Part shown: in pieces, positions 1 to 10,287 of the stretch
Layout of the letters: each line of letters begins with the position of its first letter
How positions within the stretch are numbered: position 1 is the stretch's first letter
Assembly: GCA_012295275.1 (NCBI GenBank)
Contig: CM022676.1
Coordinates: 17,298,001 to 17,362,000 of the forward strand
Reading direction: 5' to 3'
DNA length: 64,000 bases
From: Chrysomallon squamiferum
Lineage: Eukaryota > Animalia > Mollusca
The notes under the pieces: generated by a model
What the model saw: the letters and a program-made list of their open reading frames with translations, nothing else
The model's database searches: none
What the model was told of the DNA's origin: nothing
Made by a program: the position numbers and the translations under genes

Positions 1-1
1 T

Positions 2-3000
2 GAAGCAGCAGACGATGAGGATGAGAGCCACAATGGCGTTCCTGTTCTGAATCTGAACAAGTGGACCCAGCCAGAGACTCTGAAACTGGAGGCGGCTCAG
101 TTCAAGGCGTTTCAACAAGCCCTGACCAAAGAATTCGTCCTCATTCAGGGCCCTCCAGGAATGGGAAAAACATACGTAGGACTAAAAATAGTAGAAACTT
201 TACTCAGAAACAGAGACATCTGGAAAGGAGACGGAGAAAATCCCATTTTAGTTCTGTGTTATACAAATCATGCCTTGGACCAGTTCCTTGAAGGAATCCT
301 CGAGTTTGAGAAAGAAAATCTCGTTCGAGTTGGAAAAAGAATTAAGAGTGAAAATGTTAAAAGTTATGAAATCAAGGAAATGCGGAAAAACTTTTATATT
401 CACGGACAAAATTGCGACGAGTTGAAAACAAATTATACTGGGTATCAGGAACGTCTCCTTGGGAAAAAACAACGACATGAACTGCTATATAAAGGAATAG
501 TGAGAAATCTGTATCTGAGAGCTCATGTTAAAGAGGCACACTACGACCAACTCTTACATAGTACTTTTAGTGAACGGTACCTACTTGTATGGCTCGGCAT
601 ACTTATTCCTGTTCCAAGAAAAGGAAAAAATATATATACATTCCACGGCAGTTCTGAAAAATTTGATGATCATCAATGTTTAAAGCGACCAGACAACAGA
701 AAACACTATAAATATTTGACAACTCGGTCTGATATTTTGCTCATTGACTTCGACACGGTTTTTAGAGAGATTTCACACAGTAAAAGTTCTGTTTTGATCA
801 GAAACATGAAGTCACGGTCGAGGATGTCAGAAAGAGAAGCTGACGCAGTAGAAGATATCTGGTCACTCTCACCCAGAAATCGGTGGCGTCTTTACAGGTT
901 GTGGGTGCAACATCTGAAAGAGCAAACTGAGTCAGAGATAGAAGAGCTGCAGGAAAGAGTCAGTGCTGCTGGAGAAACATACAGAACGGCGAAGCAGGAC
1001 GCGGACCAGAGAGTGATGAGAAGATGTTCTGTGGTAGGAATGACAACGAGTGCTGCTGCTCGTTATCAGAAGGTTTTAGAAAAAATAAAACCAAGAATCA
1101 TCATCATCGAGGAAGCTGCAGAAGTTCTGGAAGGCCACGTGATTGCATCACTGAATTCAGGATGTCAGCATCTGATTCTGATCGGAGACCATCAGCAGCT
1201 GCGACCAAGTCCCACTGTTTACGCACTCGCAAAACGATATAACCTGGAGTTATCGTTATTTGAACGAGTGGTTAACAACGGCTTGGAGTGTGTGTGTCTT
1301 GAGCAACAGCACAGAATGCGGCCCTGTATTTCCAGAATCATGAAACACATCTATCCTCATCTCAGAGATCACCCTTCTGTTGAGAATTACCCGGATGTCC
1401 TCGGTGTGTGTAGCAATGTATTTTTCATAAACCATTGTGAAAATGAAGAAAAAAATGACGAGCTCGTAAGTCATTTGAACGTGTTTGAAGCGGAATGTAT
1501 TATAGCGCTCTGTCGCTACCTCCTGAAACAAGGTTATCATCCAAAGGAAATCACAGTTTTAACTACGTATTCAGCTCAGGTCGTCTACCTTAAAAAGAAC
1601 ATGAAAGACAAAACATTTTTAGGTGTCACTGTCACAGATGTTGACAATTACCAAGGAGAGGAGAATGACATCATACTGCTGTCTTTGGTACGCAGCAATC
1701 TGGAGGGGAGTATTGGCTTTCTGAAAACAGACAACCGAGTGTGTGTAGCTCTTTCCAGAGCTAGAATGGGACTTTACGTGATACGAAACTTTACCCTGCT
1801 CGGTCAACACAGTAAATTATGGGAAACTATTATTGACGATTTGAAATCGACCGACCAACTGGGAAATGCTCTTGGTCTTTATTGTCAAAATCACGTCAAT
1901 CACGAAGGAGTAAAAGCTGCGAAAGCAGAAGATTTCCGTTTGGTTCCTGAAGGACGCTGCAGAAAGCAGTGCACGTACAGACTGAACTGTGGTCACGTGT
2001 GTGAACTGCCGTGTCATCCAGCTGATCCACGTCATCTGGAATACAAATGTCAGAAACCGTGTGAAAGAATTTTGTGTGAATTTCAACATAAATGTCCGCT
2101 TCTCTGTTTTGAAGATTGCAGAGAGTGTGTCGCTCCCGTTACCAAGGTGATACCAGCGTGTGGACAGAAACAAGAAATTCCTTGCTCTGTCGATGTCAGT
2201 ACAATCAAGTGCATGCAGCTAGTAAAGCATATTGGTTTGTACTGCAGACACGAAATTGAGGTGGTTTGTCATAAACAAGACACCGCCGTTTGTAATGCAA
2301 AATGCCTGACCGTTCTAAAATGTGGTCATGAAATTGAAGTTGTTTGTCATGAACGAGACAACGCCATTTGTAATGTGAAATGCAGCACCGTTTTGGAATG
2401 TGGTCATGAAAATGAAGTGCTTTGCCATGAACGAGACAACGCCATTTGTAATGCAAAATGCCTGACCGTTTTGGAATGTGGTCATGAAAATGAAGTGCTT
2501 TGCCATGAACGAGACAACGCCATTTGTAATATAAAATGCAGCACCGTTCTGAAATGTGGTCATATTTGTCGTGGTAGTTGTCACGAATGTGTTCAAGGTC
2601 GACTTCACGTTGCCTGCAGGGAGAAATGCAGGAAACGTCTGCTGTGTGGACACGAATGTGTCAGTTACTGTTCTACGTGTCCACTTTGTCCTCTGCCGTG
2701 TGAGAACAGCTGTGTCCATCTGTCCTGTGAAAGGTCATGTCGTGACCGCTGTACAATGTGCCGTGAAAACTGCGAGTTCACCTGCAAGGGAAGGAACATT
2801 CGTAGACGATGTTGTGATGTGTGGAATATGCCACGCTCCAATAAGCTGTGCATGAAGAACCTGTCGTGTCAGCACAGATGCATTGGTCTGGTAGGAGAAA
2901 AGTGTCCTGATCTTTGTCGAGTCTGTAACAGGGATGAAGTGAAAGCTTTACAGGCTGATACACGAAATTACTCTTTGTTTGTGCAGCTCGAGGACTTCGG

Positions 3001-3647
3001 ACATATATTTGAGGTGCAAGCTCTCGACGAGCTGATGGAGTCGAAATCGAACACAATCCAGTTGAAACGTTGTCCACGCTGTAACGTGCTCATTAGACAT
3101 AGTGGAAGATATAGAGACGTCATCAAACAGACGTTACTGGATGTAGATTATATCAAGCTTGAATTAATAAAGCAGGAAAGAAAAGACTATTGCGAAAGAC
3201 AAAGTGTAATCAGTTTGCGTCAGATGCTTATGGCTCTAAAAAATAACTGTCGTACGTTTAAAACATATTTTCGTAAGATGGGGATCAGTGAACATGATAA
3301 AGACGTGGATCGTTTCCGGACATGGATATTGAAGCACAGAAGAATATTTACGAAGCAGGAGGAATTCGATGCAGACAATGAAACAAAAAGACTGAAACTG
3401 ATAATCGATCTAAAATCAGCTTCAGACGACGCCAACGAGTCACAGAAAATCACAGACAATACAAATGATGTTACTGAAATAATTGAACAGTTCGCTATGG
3501 ATGGAAATGCCTTTACTCCACAACGTGAAGAAATAGTTAAATTTCGGGCTCCTTTCCTTCCTTCAAGTGAAATATCTCTTCGTTACGTCTCCACAGACAA
3601 AATTACCATGAATTTCAGTACGGAAGGCTGGCTGAAATGTCAAGCAG
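2..3647 (+). CDS. ZNFX1: NFX1-type zinc finger-containing protein 1-like (SF1/Upf1-like RNA helicase, NF-X1 zinc fingers, RING-like region); large exon, 5' end outside the window
   Basis: The frame is open from position 2 (EAADDEDESH...FQQALTKEFVLIQGPPGMGKTYVG), so ATG161 lies inside Walker A (149-172) and is not the start. Helicase motifs: CYTNHALDQFLE, IIIEEAAEV, LIGDHQQLRP, QHRM, VDNYQGEENDI, NRVCVALSRAR. These are followed by C-x-CGH zinc-finger repeats and IQLKRCPRC. The exon ends at donor GCAG|GTGAGA (3648) within GWLKCQAG. Confidence 0.95.
2240..2570 (+). repeat. 78-bp (26-aa) coding tandem repeat of a zinc-finger unit, about 4 copies
   Basis: CNAKCLTVLKCGHEIEVVCHERDNAI / CNVKCSTVLECGHENEVLCHERDNAI / CNAKCLTVLECGHENEVLCHERDNAI / CNIKCSTVLKCGH, near-identical at DNA level. 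Confidence 0.9.
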
Positions 3648-3860
3648 GTGAGAACAATGTATTTGTGTATCTCTGTTTTTAATTAAAAACGTATTGATGT
3701 CTGTCTGTAAGTTGACATATCTAAAGCAACGTCAAATGACATTTTAGTAATATCAAAATATTTTGTATTTCCTATTAAATTATTACATTTATATATCTTT
3801 TTTTTAACTGATTCACACCTTGTCAAAAATTACAATTCTAGAATCACATTTTTGTTTTAG

Positions 3861-3961
3861 GTCATATTTATTTTGACTATTTCGGGAACAATGCAGAAAT
3901 CTGTTCCAGGAGAAAAAAAAAAAGTGACGTCCTCCGAAATGACGTCCAAAAGAGATGGTAA
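3861..3961 (+). CDS. ZNFX1: Next ZNFX1 exon: remainder of a degenerate RZ-type finger; stops at TAA 3959-3961 as assembled
   Basis: Acceptor TTTGTTTTAG| at 3860. The phase-1 join gives GWLKCQAG-HIYFDYFGNNAEICSRRKKKSDVLRNDVQKRW*, which restores the W-x-KC-x-x-GHIY start of the ZNFX1/RNF213 RZ motif. Confidence 0.75.
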
Positions 3962-4910
3962 CAGTAAAGCGTCAGATGGAAATACTAACAATGTGGCTTC
4001 GGAGATAGATACTAACAGAACTTTGCCAGATAGGAATACTAACAGTAGGACATCACACAGAGATGCTAAAAGAAAGGCGAACGACACAGATACTAACAGT
4101 AGAGCGTCAGACAGAGAAACTAAGAAAAGGGCGACAAACAGAGATACTAACAGATGGATGTCAGACAGAGATACTAACAGATGGACGTCAGACACAGATA
4201 CTAACAGATGGATGTCAGACAGAGATACTAACAGATGGATGTCAGACACAGATACTAACAGTAGAGCATCACACAGAGATGCTAAAAGAAAGGCGAACGA
4301 TACAGATACTAACAGATGGATGTCAGACAGAGATACTAACAGATGGATGTCAGACAGAGATACTAACAGATGGATGTCAGACAGAGATACTAACAGATGG
4401 ACGTCAGACACAGATACTAACAGTAGAGCGTCAGACAGAGAAACTAAGAAAAGGGCGACAAACAGAGATACTAACAGATGGATGTCAGACAGAGATACTA
4501 ACAGATGGATGTCAGACAGAGATACTAACAGATGGATGTCAGACAGAGATACTAACAGATGGATGTCAGACAGAAATACTAACAGATGGATGTCAGACAG
4601 AGATACTAACAGATGGACGTCAGACACAGATACTAACAGTAGAGCGTCAGACAGAGAAACAAGAAAAGGGCGACAAACAGAGATACTAACAGATGGATGT
4701 CAGACAGAGATACTAACAGATGGATGTCAGACAGAGATACTAACAGATGGACGTCAGACACAGATACTAACAGTAGAGCGTCAGACAGAGAAACAAGAAA
4801 AGGGCGACAAACAGAGATACTAACAGATGGATGTCAGACAGAGATACTAACAGATGGACGTCAGACAGAGATAATAACAGATGGATGTCAGACAGAGATA
4901 CTAACAGTAG
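3950..4910 (+). repeat. 27-bp minisatellite (TCAGACAGAGATACTAACAGATGGATG; SDRDTNRWM) with higher-order blocks
   Basis: Roughly 30 or more units. Variant units (AGTAGAGCG..., AAGAAAAGGGCG...) recur in blocks. It explains the overlapping ORFs 3857-4627(-), 3873-4823, 4063-4689, 4697-4963 and 4831-5310. Confidence 0.95.
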
Positions 4911-5253
4911 GGGATCTCACAGCGATTATCGAGGAGAAGAGAGATTCAAGGATTATCCCATAGGAATTAAACCCAATGTTTATTTTAGACCAAAGACGAG
5001 CACCTATTATCGAGGACGAGAGAAATTGACGGATTATTCGAAAATTACATCAGAACTGGATTATCGAGTAACAGATACAGACAGGGATTATATCCAAGAA
5101 AAATCAGACAGTGTCTCCAGATTCAATTCTCCTAAAGCACACGACATTGTGACAAGGAAAAGAAAAAAGACTTTTCACACTGACATTGGAAACAGTCGAC
5201 AAATGAGCAGAGAAAAAAAGAGAATAAAGACAACAAATAATCATAATTATCAG
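4831..5253 (+). CDS. Possible low-complexity C-terminal tail of the ZNFX1-like gene (frame-disrupted upstream)
   Basis: An open frame continues the repeat frame into unique R/D/S/K-rich sequence. Candidate donor CAG|GTACTA at 5254 and polypyrimidine acceptor TTTTACAG| at 5444 give a terminal SYSK*. Confidence 0.4.
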
Positions 5254-5689
5254 GTACTAAACTCGATTTCTCGTAATATTTTCATACTACATATATACGT
5301 ATTATGTTAAATATATACGAATTTATACGTAAAACAGGTACGCACAAATACCATAATTTACGTTTTGGTTCTCAGTCAGTGAGAGTAGTGACTAATTTTA
5401 TTTTTCTTATTTTGATTTTGATTTTTTTATTTCTTATTTTACAGAGTTATTCAAAGTAAACATTTTAACCGAAAACTGAAATTTCAGCCTGGTTAATTTC
5501 TACCAAAAAGAACGACACAGCAACTGAGGAAAAGATTCAGACGATTTTGATTATGTCGGTGACGACGATGTGCATACAGTTGCTGCTGCTGATGATGATG
5601 ATGGTGATGAACACATTATTTCTTATAATATGCTTTTCATTTGAAGATGCGCTTCATATTTAATAACTACGTTTTGATTAAAACGCACT

Positions 5690-6254
5690 GCATTTCTTCA
5701 TTTCTAAGTTTCTGTTTAAAATTATAATGGTTATTTCTGATATAACCTTTCTGTTAAAAGTTACACTGTATATTTCTAATAATACTTTTTTCTTTAAAGT
5801 TACACAATATATTTCTTACACCACATTTTTGTTTAAAGTTACCCTGTATATCTCTCATAATTAATTTTTTTTTAAACGTACTTTGCATATTTCTTACAAC
5901 ACATTTTTTATAATGTTACACTGCATATTTCTATTAATACGGATTTGTTTTGTTTCTTTGTTGTTTAAAGTTGTACTGTATATTTCTAATACTTTTGAAT
6001 AAAGTAACACAGCATTTTTCTAATAATACTTTTTTTTTTAAAGATACAGTGCATATTTTTGAAAACATGTTCTTGTTTAAGGTTACTGTGTATATTTCTA
6101 AAACATTTTTGTTTAAAATTGCACTGTATATTTCTAGTAACATATTATTGTTTATAGTTAAACAGTATATATCTGATAACACATTTTGATAGATTATTGC
6201 TGCATAGTTTTAGTAATACGATTTTGTTTTAAGTTACGTTGCATATTAGTAGTA

Positions 6255-6288
<34 letters not shown>

Positions 6289-7680
6289 TGATGATGAAGA
6301 TGATGATAATAATAATATGTCTACAGATATAAACATATTAATGTTACATTTTTTAATTCTAATTATACGTTTCTGATAAAGACAGAAAAAACATTTTTTG
6401 TTTTAAATTTCATTGTATATATCTAATAATACTTCAATTAATCTTACACTGCATATTCCGAATAAGACACTTTTAAAAGTTTGACTGTATATTTCTATTA
6501 ATACCTTTTCAGCAAAAAAACAACAGTATATTTTCTAATAATATGTGTTTTGTTTAAAATCATCCTGTATATTTTCCAGTAATACCTTTTTTGTTTGAAG
6601 TTAAACTGCATATTTTCTAATGATGTGTTTTTGTTAAAATATGCATTGCTTATTTTCTAATAATACGTTTTTGTTTAAAGTTTAATTCTATATTTCTAAT
6701 AATACGTTTTTGTTTAAAGTGTCACTGTGTATTTCTAATAATGTGTTTTGTTTAAAAGTTACTCTGCATATTTTCTAATAATACGTTTTGGTTTAAAGTT
6801 TCATTGTATGTTTATAAAAATACGTTTTTGTTTAAAGTTTCTCTGTATATTTATAATAATGTGTTTTTGTTTAAATTTACACTGCTTATTTCTATTAATA
6901 CGTTTGTGTTTAATGTTACACTGTATATGTTCTGATAATACGTTTTTTTTAAGGTTATCTCTATGTTTCCTAATAATACGTCTTTGTTTAAAGTTTCTCT
7001 GTATATTTCTAAGTATACGTTTTGTTTAATGTTGTCCTGTATTTGTTTTAATAATACGTTTTTGTTTAAAAATTCACTGCATTTCTATTAGTACCTGTTT
7101 AGTTAAAGTTACCCTGCATATCTTCCAATAATCTGCGTTTTGTATAAAGTTATCCAGTATGTTTTCTAATAATACATTTTTATTTAAAGTTACCCTGTAT
7201 ATGTTCTAACAATACGTTTTTGTTTAAAAATTACTCCATATATATTCGTAATAAGACGTTTTTGTTAAAAATTCCACTCTATATTTCCTAATAATACGTT
7301 TTCCTTTTAAAATTAACGTGTATAATTTGTAATAAAAAAAGTTTTGTTTTGTTACATTGTATATTTCTAACACGATTCTGTTTAAAAATTACACTGTATA
7401 ATTATATTAACACACTTTTACGCTGTATGTTTCAGTAAAAACAGTTTTGTTTAAAGTTAGATGGTTTATTGATAATAATACATTTCCGTTAAAAGCTCAA
7501 CTGTATATTTCTAAATGAACGTTTTTATTTCCAGATATATGTTTTTGTTTAAATTTTAACTATATCTATTCTAAAAGTTTCTTATTTTATACGGAGCGTA
7601 TATTTTCAGTGGAAAAAGTTCATGTTTAAAGTTACGCTGTATATTTCTAACAATACGTTTTTGTTTAGTTATATTGTATA
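5690..7680. repeat. Degenerate AT-rich ~38-40-bp satellite running into the gap
   Basis: Recurrent consensus TAATACGTTTTTGTTTAAAGTTACACTGTATATTTCTAA over about 2 kb. Confidence 0.85.
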
Positions 7681-7705
7681 TTGCTAATTATGTGGTTTAT
7701 CCACA

Positions 7706-7905
7706 NNNNNNNNNNNNNNNNNNNNNNNNNNNNNNNNNNNNNNNNNNNNNNNNNNNNNNNNNNNNNNNNNNNNNNNNNNNNNNNNNNNNNNNNNNNNNNN
7801 NNNNNNNNNNNNNNNNNNNNNNNNNNNNNNNNNNNNNNNNNNNNNNNNNNNNNNNNNNNNNNNNNNNNNNNNNNNNNNNNNNNNNNNNNNNNNNNNNNNN
7901 NNNNN
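7706..7905. other. Assembly gap (200 N)
   Basis: Exactly 200 Ns, typical of a fixed-size scaffolding gap of unknown true length. Confidence 0.99.
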
Positions 7906-8764
7906 AAAACAATATAAGACAGCACTATTTTATAAAGTAAAACCTATGTATTTTACAAATCATGCACTCAACATTAAAACACAACTTTAATTAAAACATC
8001 CAATTTAACAGATATGTTCACACATGAACAGCAACACGAGTAATAATCAAGTCATCATGAATAAAACCTTTCTAACTTTTCACTGACTGAATAACCAGAT
8101 GAAAATTAACATCAGTATTAGTATTGTTGTATTATTATTATTAACCCTGACTTATCTAAACATCTTTTTAAACTGAATTGGGTAATAAATCCCCCAAAGT
8201 GTTTGAGTGAAAAGTAAAAATCAAGTGAAAATTACGTAACGATGCACAGTATTATATTATTTCTTCTTACGTATAAATACAAACAGACGGCACAATATTT
8301 AAACAGAAACAAAAGATTATACAACAGGAATACAACAAATTATACAGTTTGGTACAATATTTCAATAGATACAATATATTATACAATATGGTAATACAAT
8401 ATTTGTACAGAAATAGAAACTATACCATTCTTCAATACAATCTTTGAACTGATAAAATAGACTTTACCATTCATTAACACAATATTTCAACAGTTGTAAT
8501 AGTTATACAATATCTGTACACAAACAAAAACTACATTAATACAATACTTGAATAAATACAATAGACCATGATATGGTAATACCTGTATATAAACCAGAAA
8601 CTGCACCAAATATTATTTAAATAGAAATAGCAGAGTACACAGCACGGTAATGCAGTATTTGAATATAAACAATGTATAGCATCTAGATATGGGCCATTCC
8701 ATGGTATTTGATCCATGGTATGCACATTTTAAAATGATCCACTAAACTAAGAATTTATTGATAA

Positions 8765-8950
8765 TGGAAGTTAAAATCATTAAACATGTATAAGTATGTT
8801 GTTATTAACAGTTTACTTCTGTTTTATGAAAGTTAAAATCATTAAACATAAAAATATGTTGTTATTAACAGTTTACTTCTGTTTATGAAAGTTAAAATCA
8901 TTAAGCATGTAAAAATATGTTGTTATTAACAGTTTACTTCTGTTTTATGG
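8765..8950. repeat. ~60-bp tandem repeat, 3 copies
   Basis: AAGTTAAAATCATTAAACAT...ATGTTGTTATTAACAGTTTACTTCTGTTTTATG, three times. Confidence 0.9.
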
Positions 8951-10287
8951 TTTCTGATGACATTTGTATTTGGAAAATGTAAATTGTAAGACGTGATGTG
9001 ACATTTGTTTTTTTTCAGTAATGTTTCATTAATATTATATACTAGGTGTGAAGACAACATATTCACAATATACAGTGTATGAAGAACCTATTTTTTTCCT
9101 TCTTTAATGTCACAATGTGTGTTTGTAATTAATTTGCAAAGGATATAATGTCACGTCCTGGCTACTTTGACATATGAAAGTTAATATTATTTTTAAAATA
9201 TTCCTAAGAAATAAAAAATACTTTTCAATTTTCCTCCTACTCAAGAGGAACAGACTAATTAGAAGCTATGTAAGTAACAGCTTGTATAAAACAAAGTGAC
9301 AGTCTGAGCCAGGATGTGACAAACAAGAAAATACACGCATGTACAGCAGTTATCAGACATCTGTAAGCAGTGAACTAAGCAGAGAACTGTGTATCACGTA
9401 GAAGACAGATAAGAATATATTTCACTATGTTCAACAGTGCAGCTAGAAGAATACTTCTCACACAAGACATGACCGCTGTGTGACAAATACTGCCAGTGAC
9501 CCAGAATGCCTGGCTGCAGAAAGACAGAAAGATAAAGAAAGAAAGAGACAGCAGAGAGAACAAAATAAAGAATTTAGCAGAACAGCAAAGAGGAAAAAAA
9601 ACGTTACTTTCTATGAGAGCAGAGTTTTGGAATTAATAGTATGGTAAAAAACAGTGATGTCCAAATGTTGTCACGTCCCGGCGTATTTTACTTTTAAATT
9701 TGTGGTAAAATATTACGTCAGACAAAAACAGATATGACTTACTTATAGTAGCATGTTCATTGTCTCTATAAAAGGCCAAACATCAATCTATGAAGAGAGC
9801 TTGTTAGTGATTAAAGAGTGAACATGTCACCTCCTGGCTGAAATTCTTACCACGGAGTGACACACCAGACTACACAGCAATAGTTACCCAAACTTACACT
9901 GGCTTTAACTCTTCATCACAATGTATTAGTTCACTCATTTTATTTTGAAAATGTGGTCTGGCTCCTGTATCAGTAATTATACTTTTGAATTGAAAAGTTA
10001 TAACACAATTAAATACACTGACACAAGATTACATTAAAAATAATTACAAATGAAACAGTTCAAAATGAAATCATGTCAGAAGTAAAACTGTCTCAGGATG
10101 AAGATCAACTTTGTACGACAGGAATTACAAACAAAATTTAGATTTCTTCACAGCAATTATTCTCTTCTTTTTTTACTTCTGCACAATTTTAAAATGTTCT
10201 CATTAGGTAATCCTCCACTTAAAGTGACAGTCTGTTTAGATAATGTATTAAACTGAAAAAATGTTAAGTTTTTTTATCAAAATTTAT

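Noticed and set aside
161-163. ATG161 as the ZNFX1 start and 3682 as its stop
   Set aside because: The ATG is inside Walker A with the frame open upstream; the tail after 3647 is intron read-through.
3857-4627. 256-aa hydrophobic minus-strand ORF (SDIHLLVSL repeats) as a membrane protein
   Set aside because: Antisense reading of the 27-bp minisatellite, which happens to lack stops.
7665-7940. ORFs made of X residues
   Set aside because: Artefacts of the N gap.
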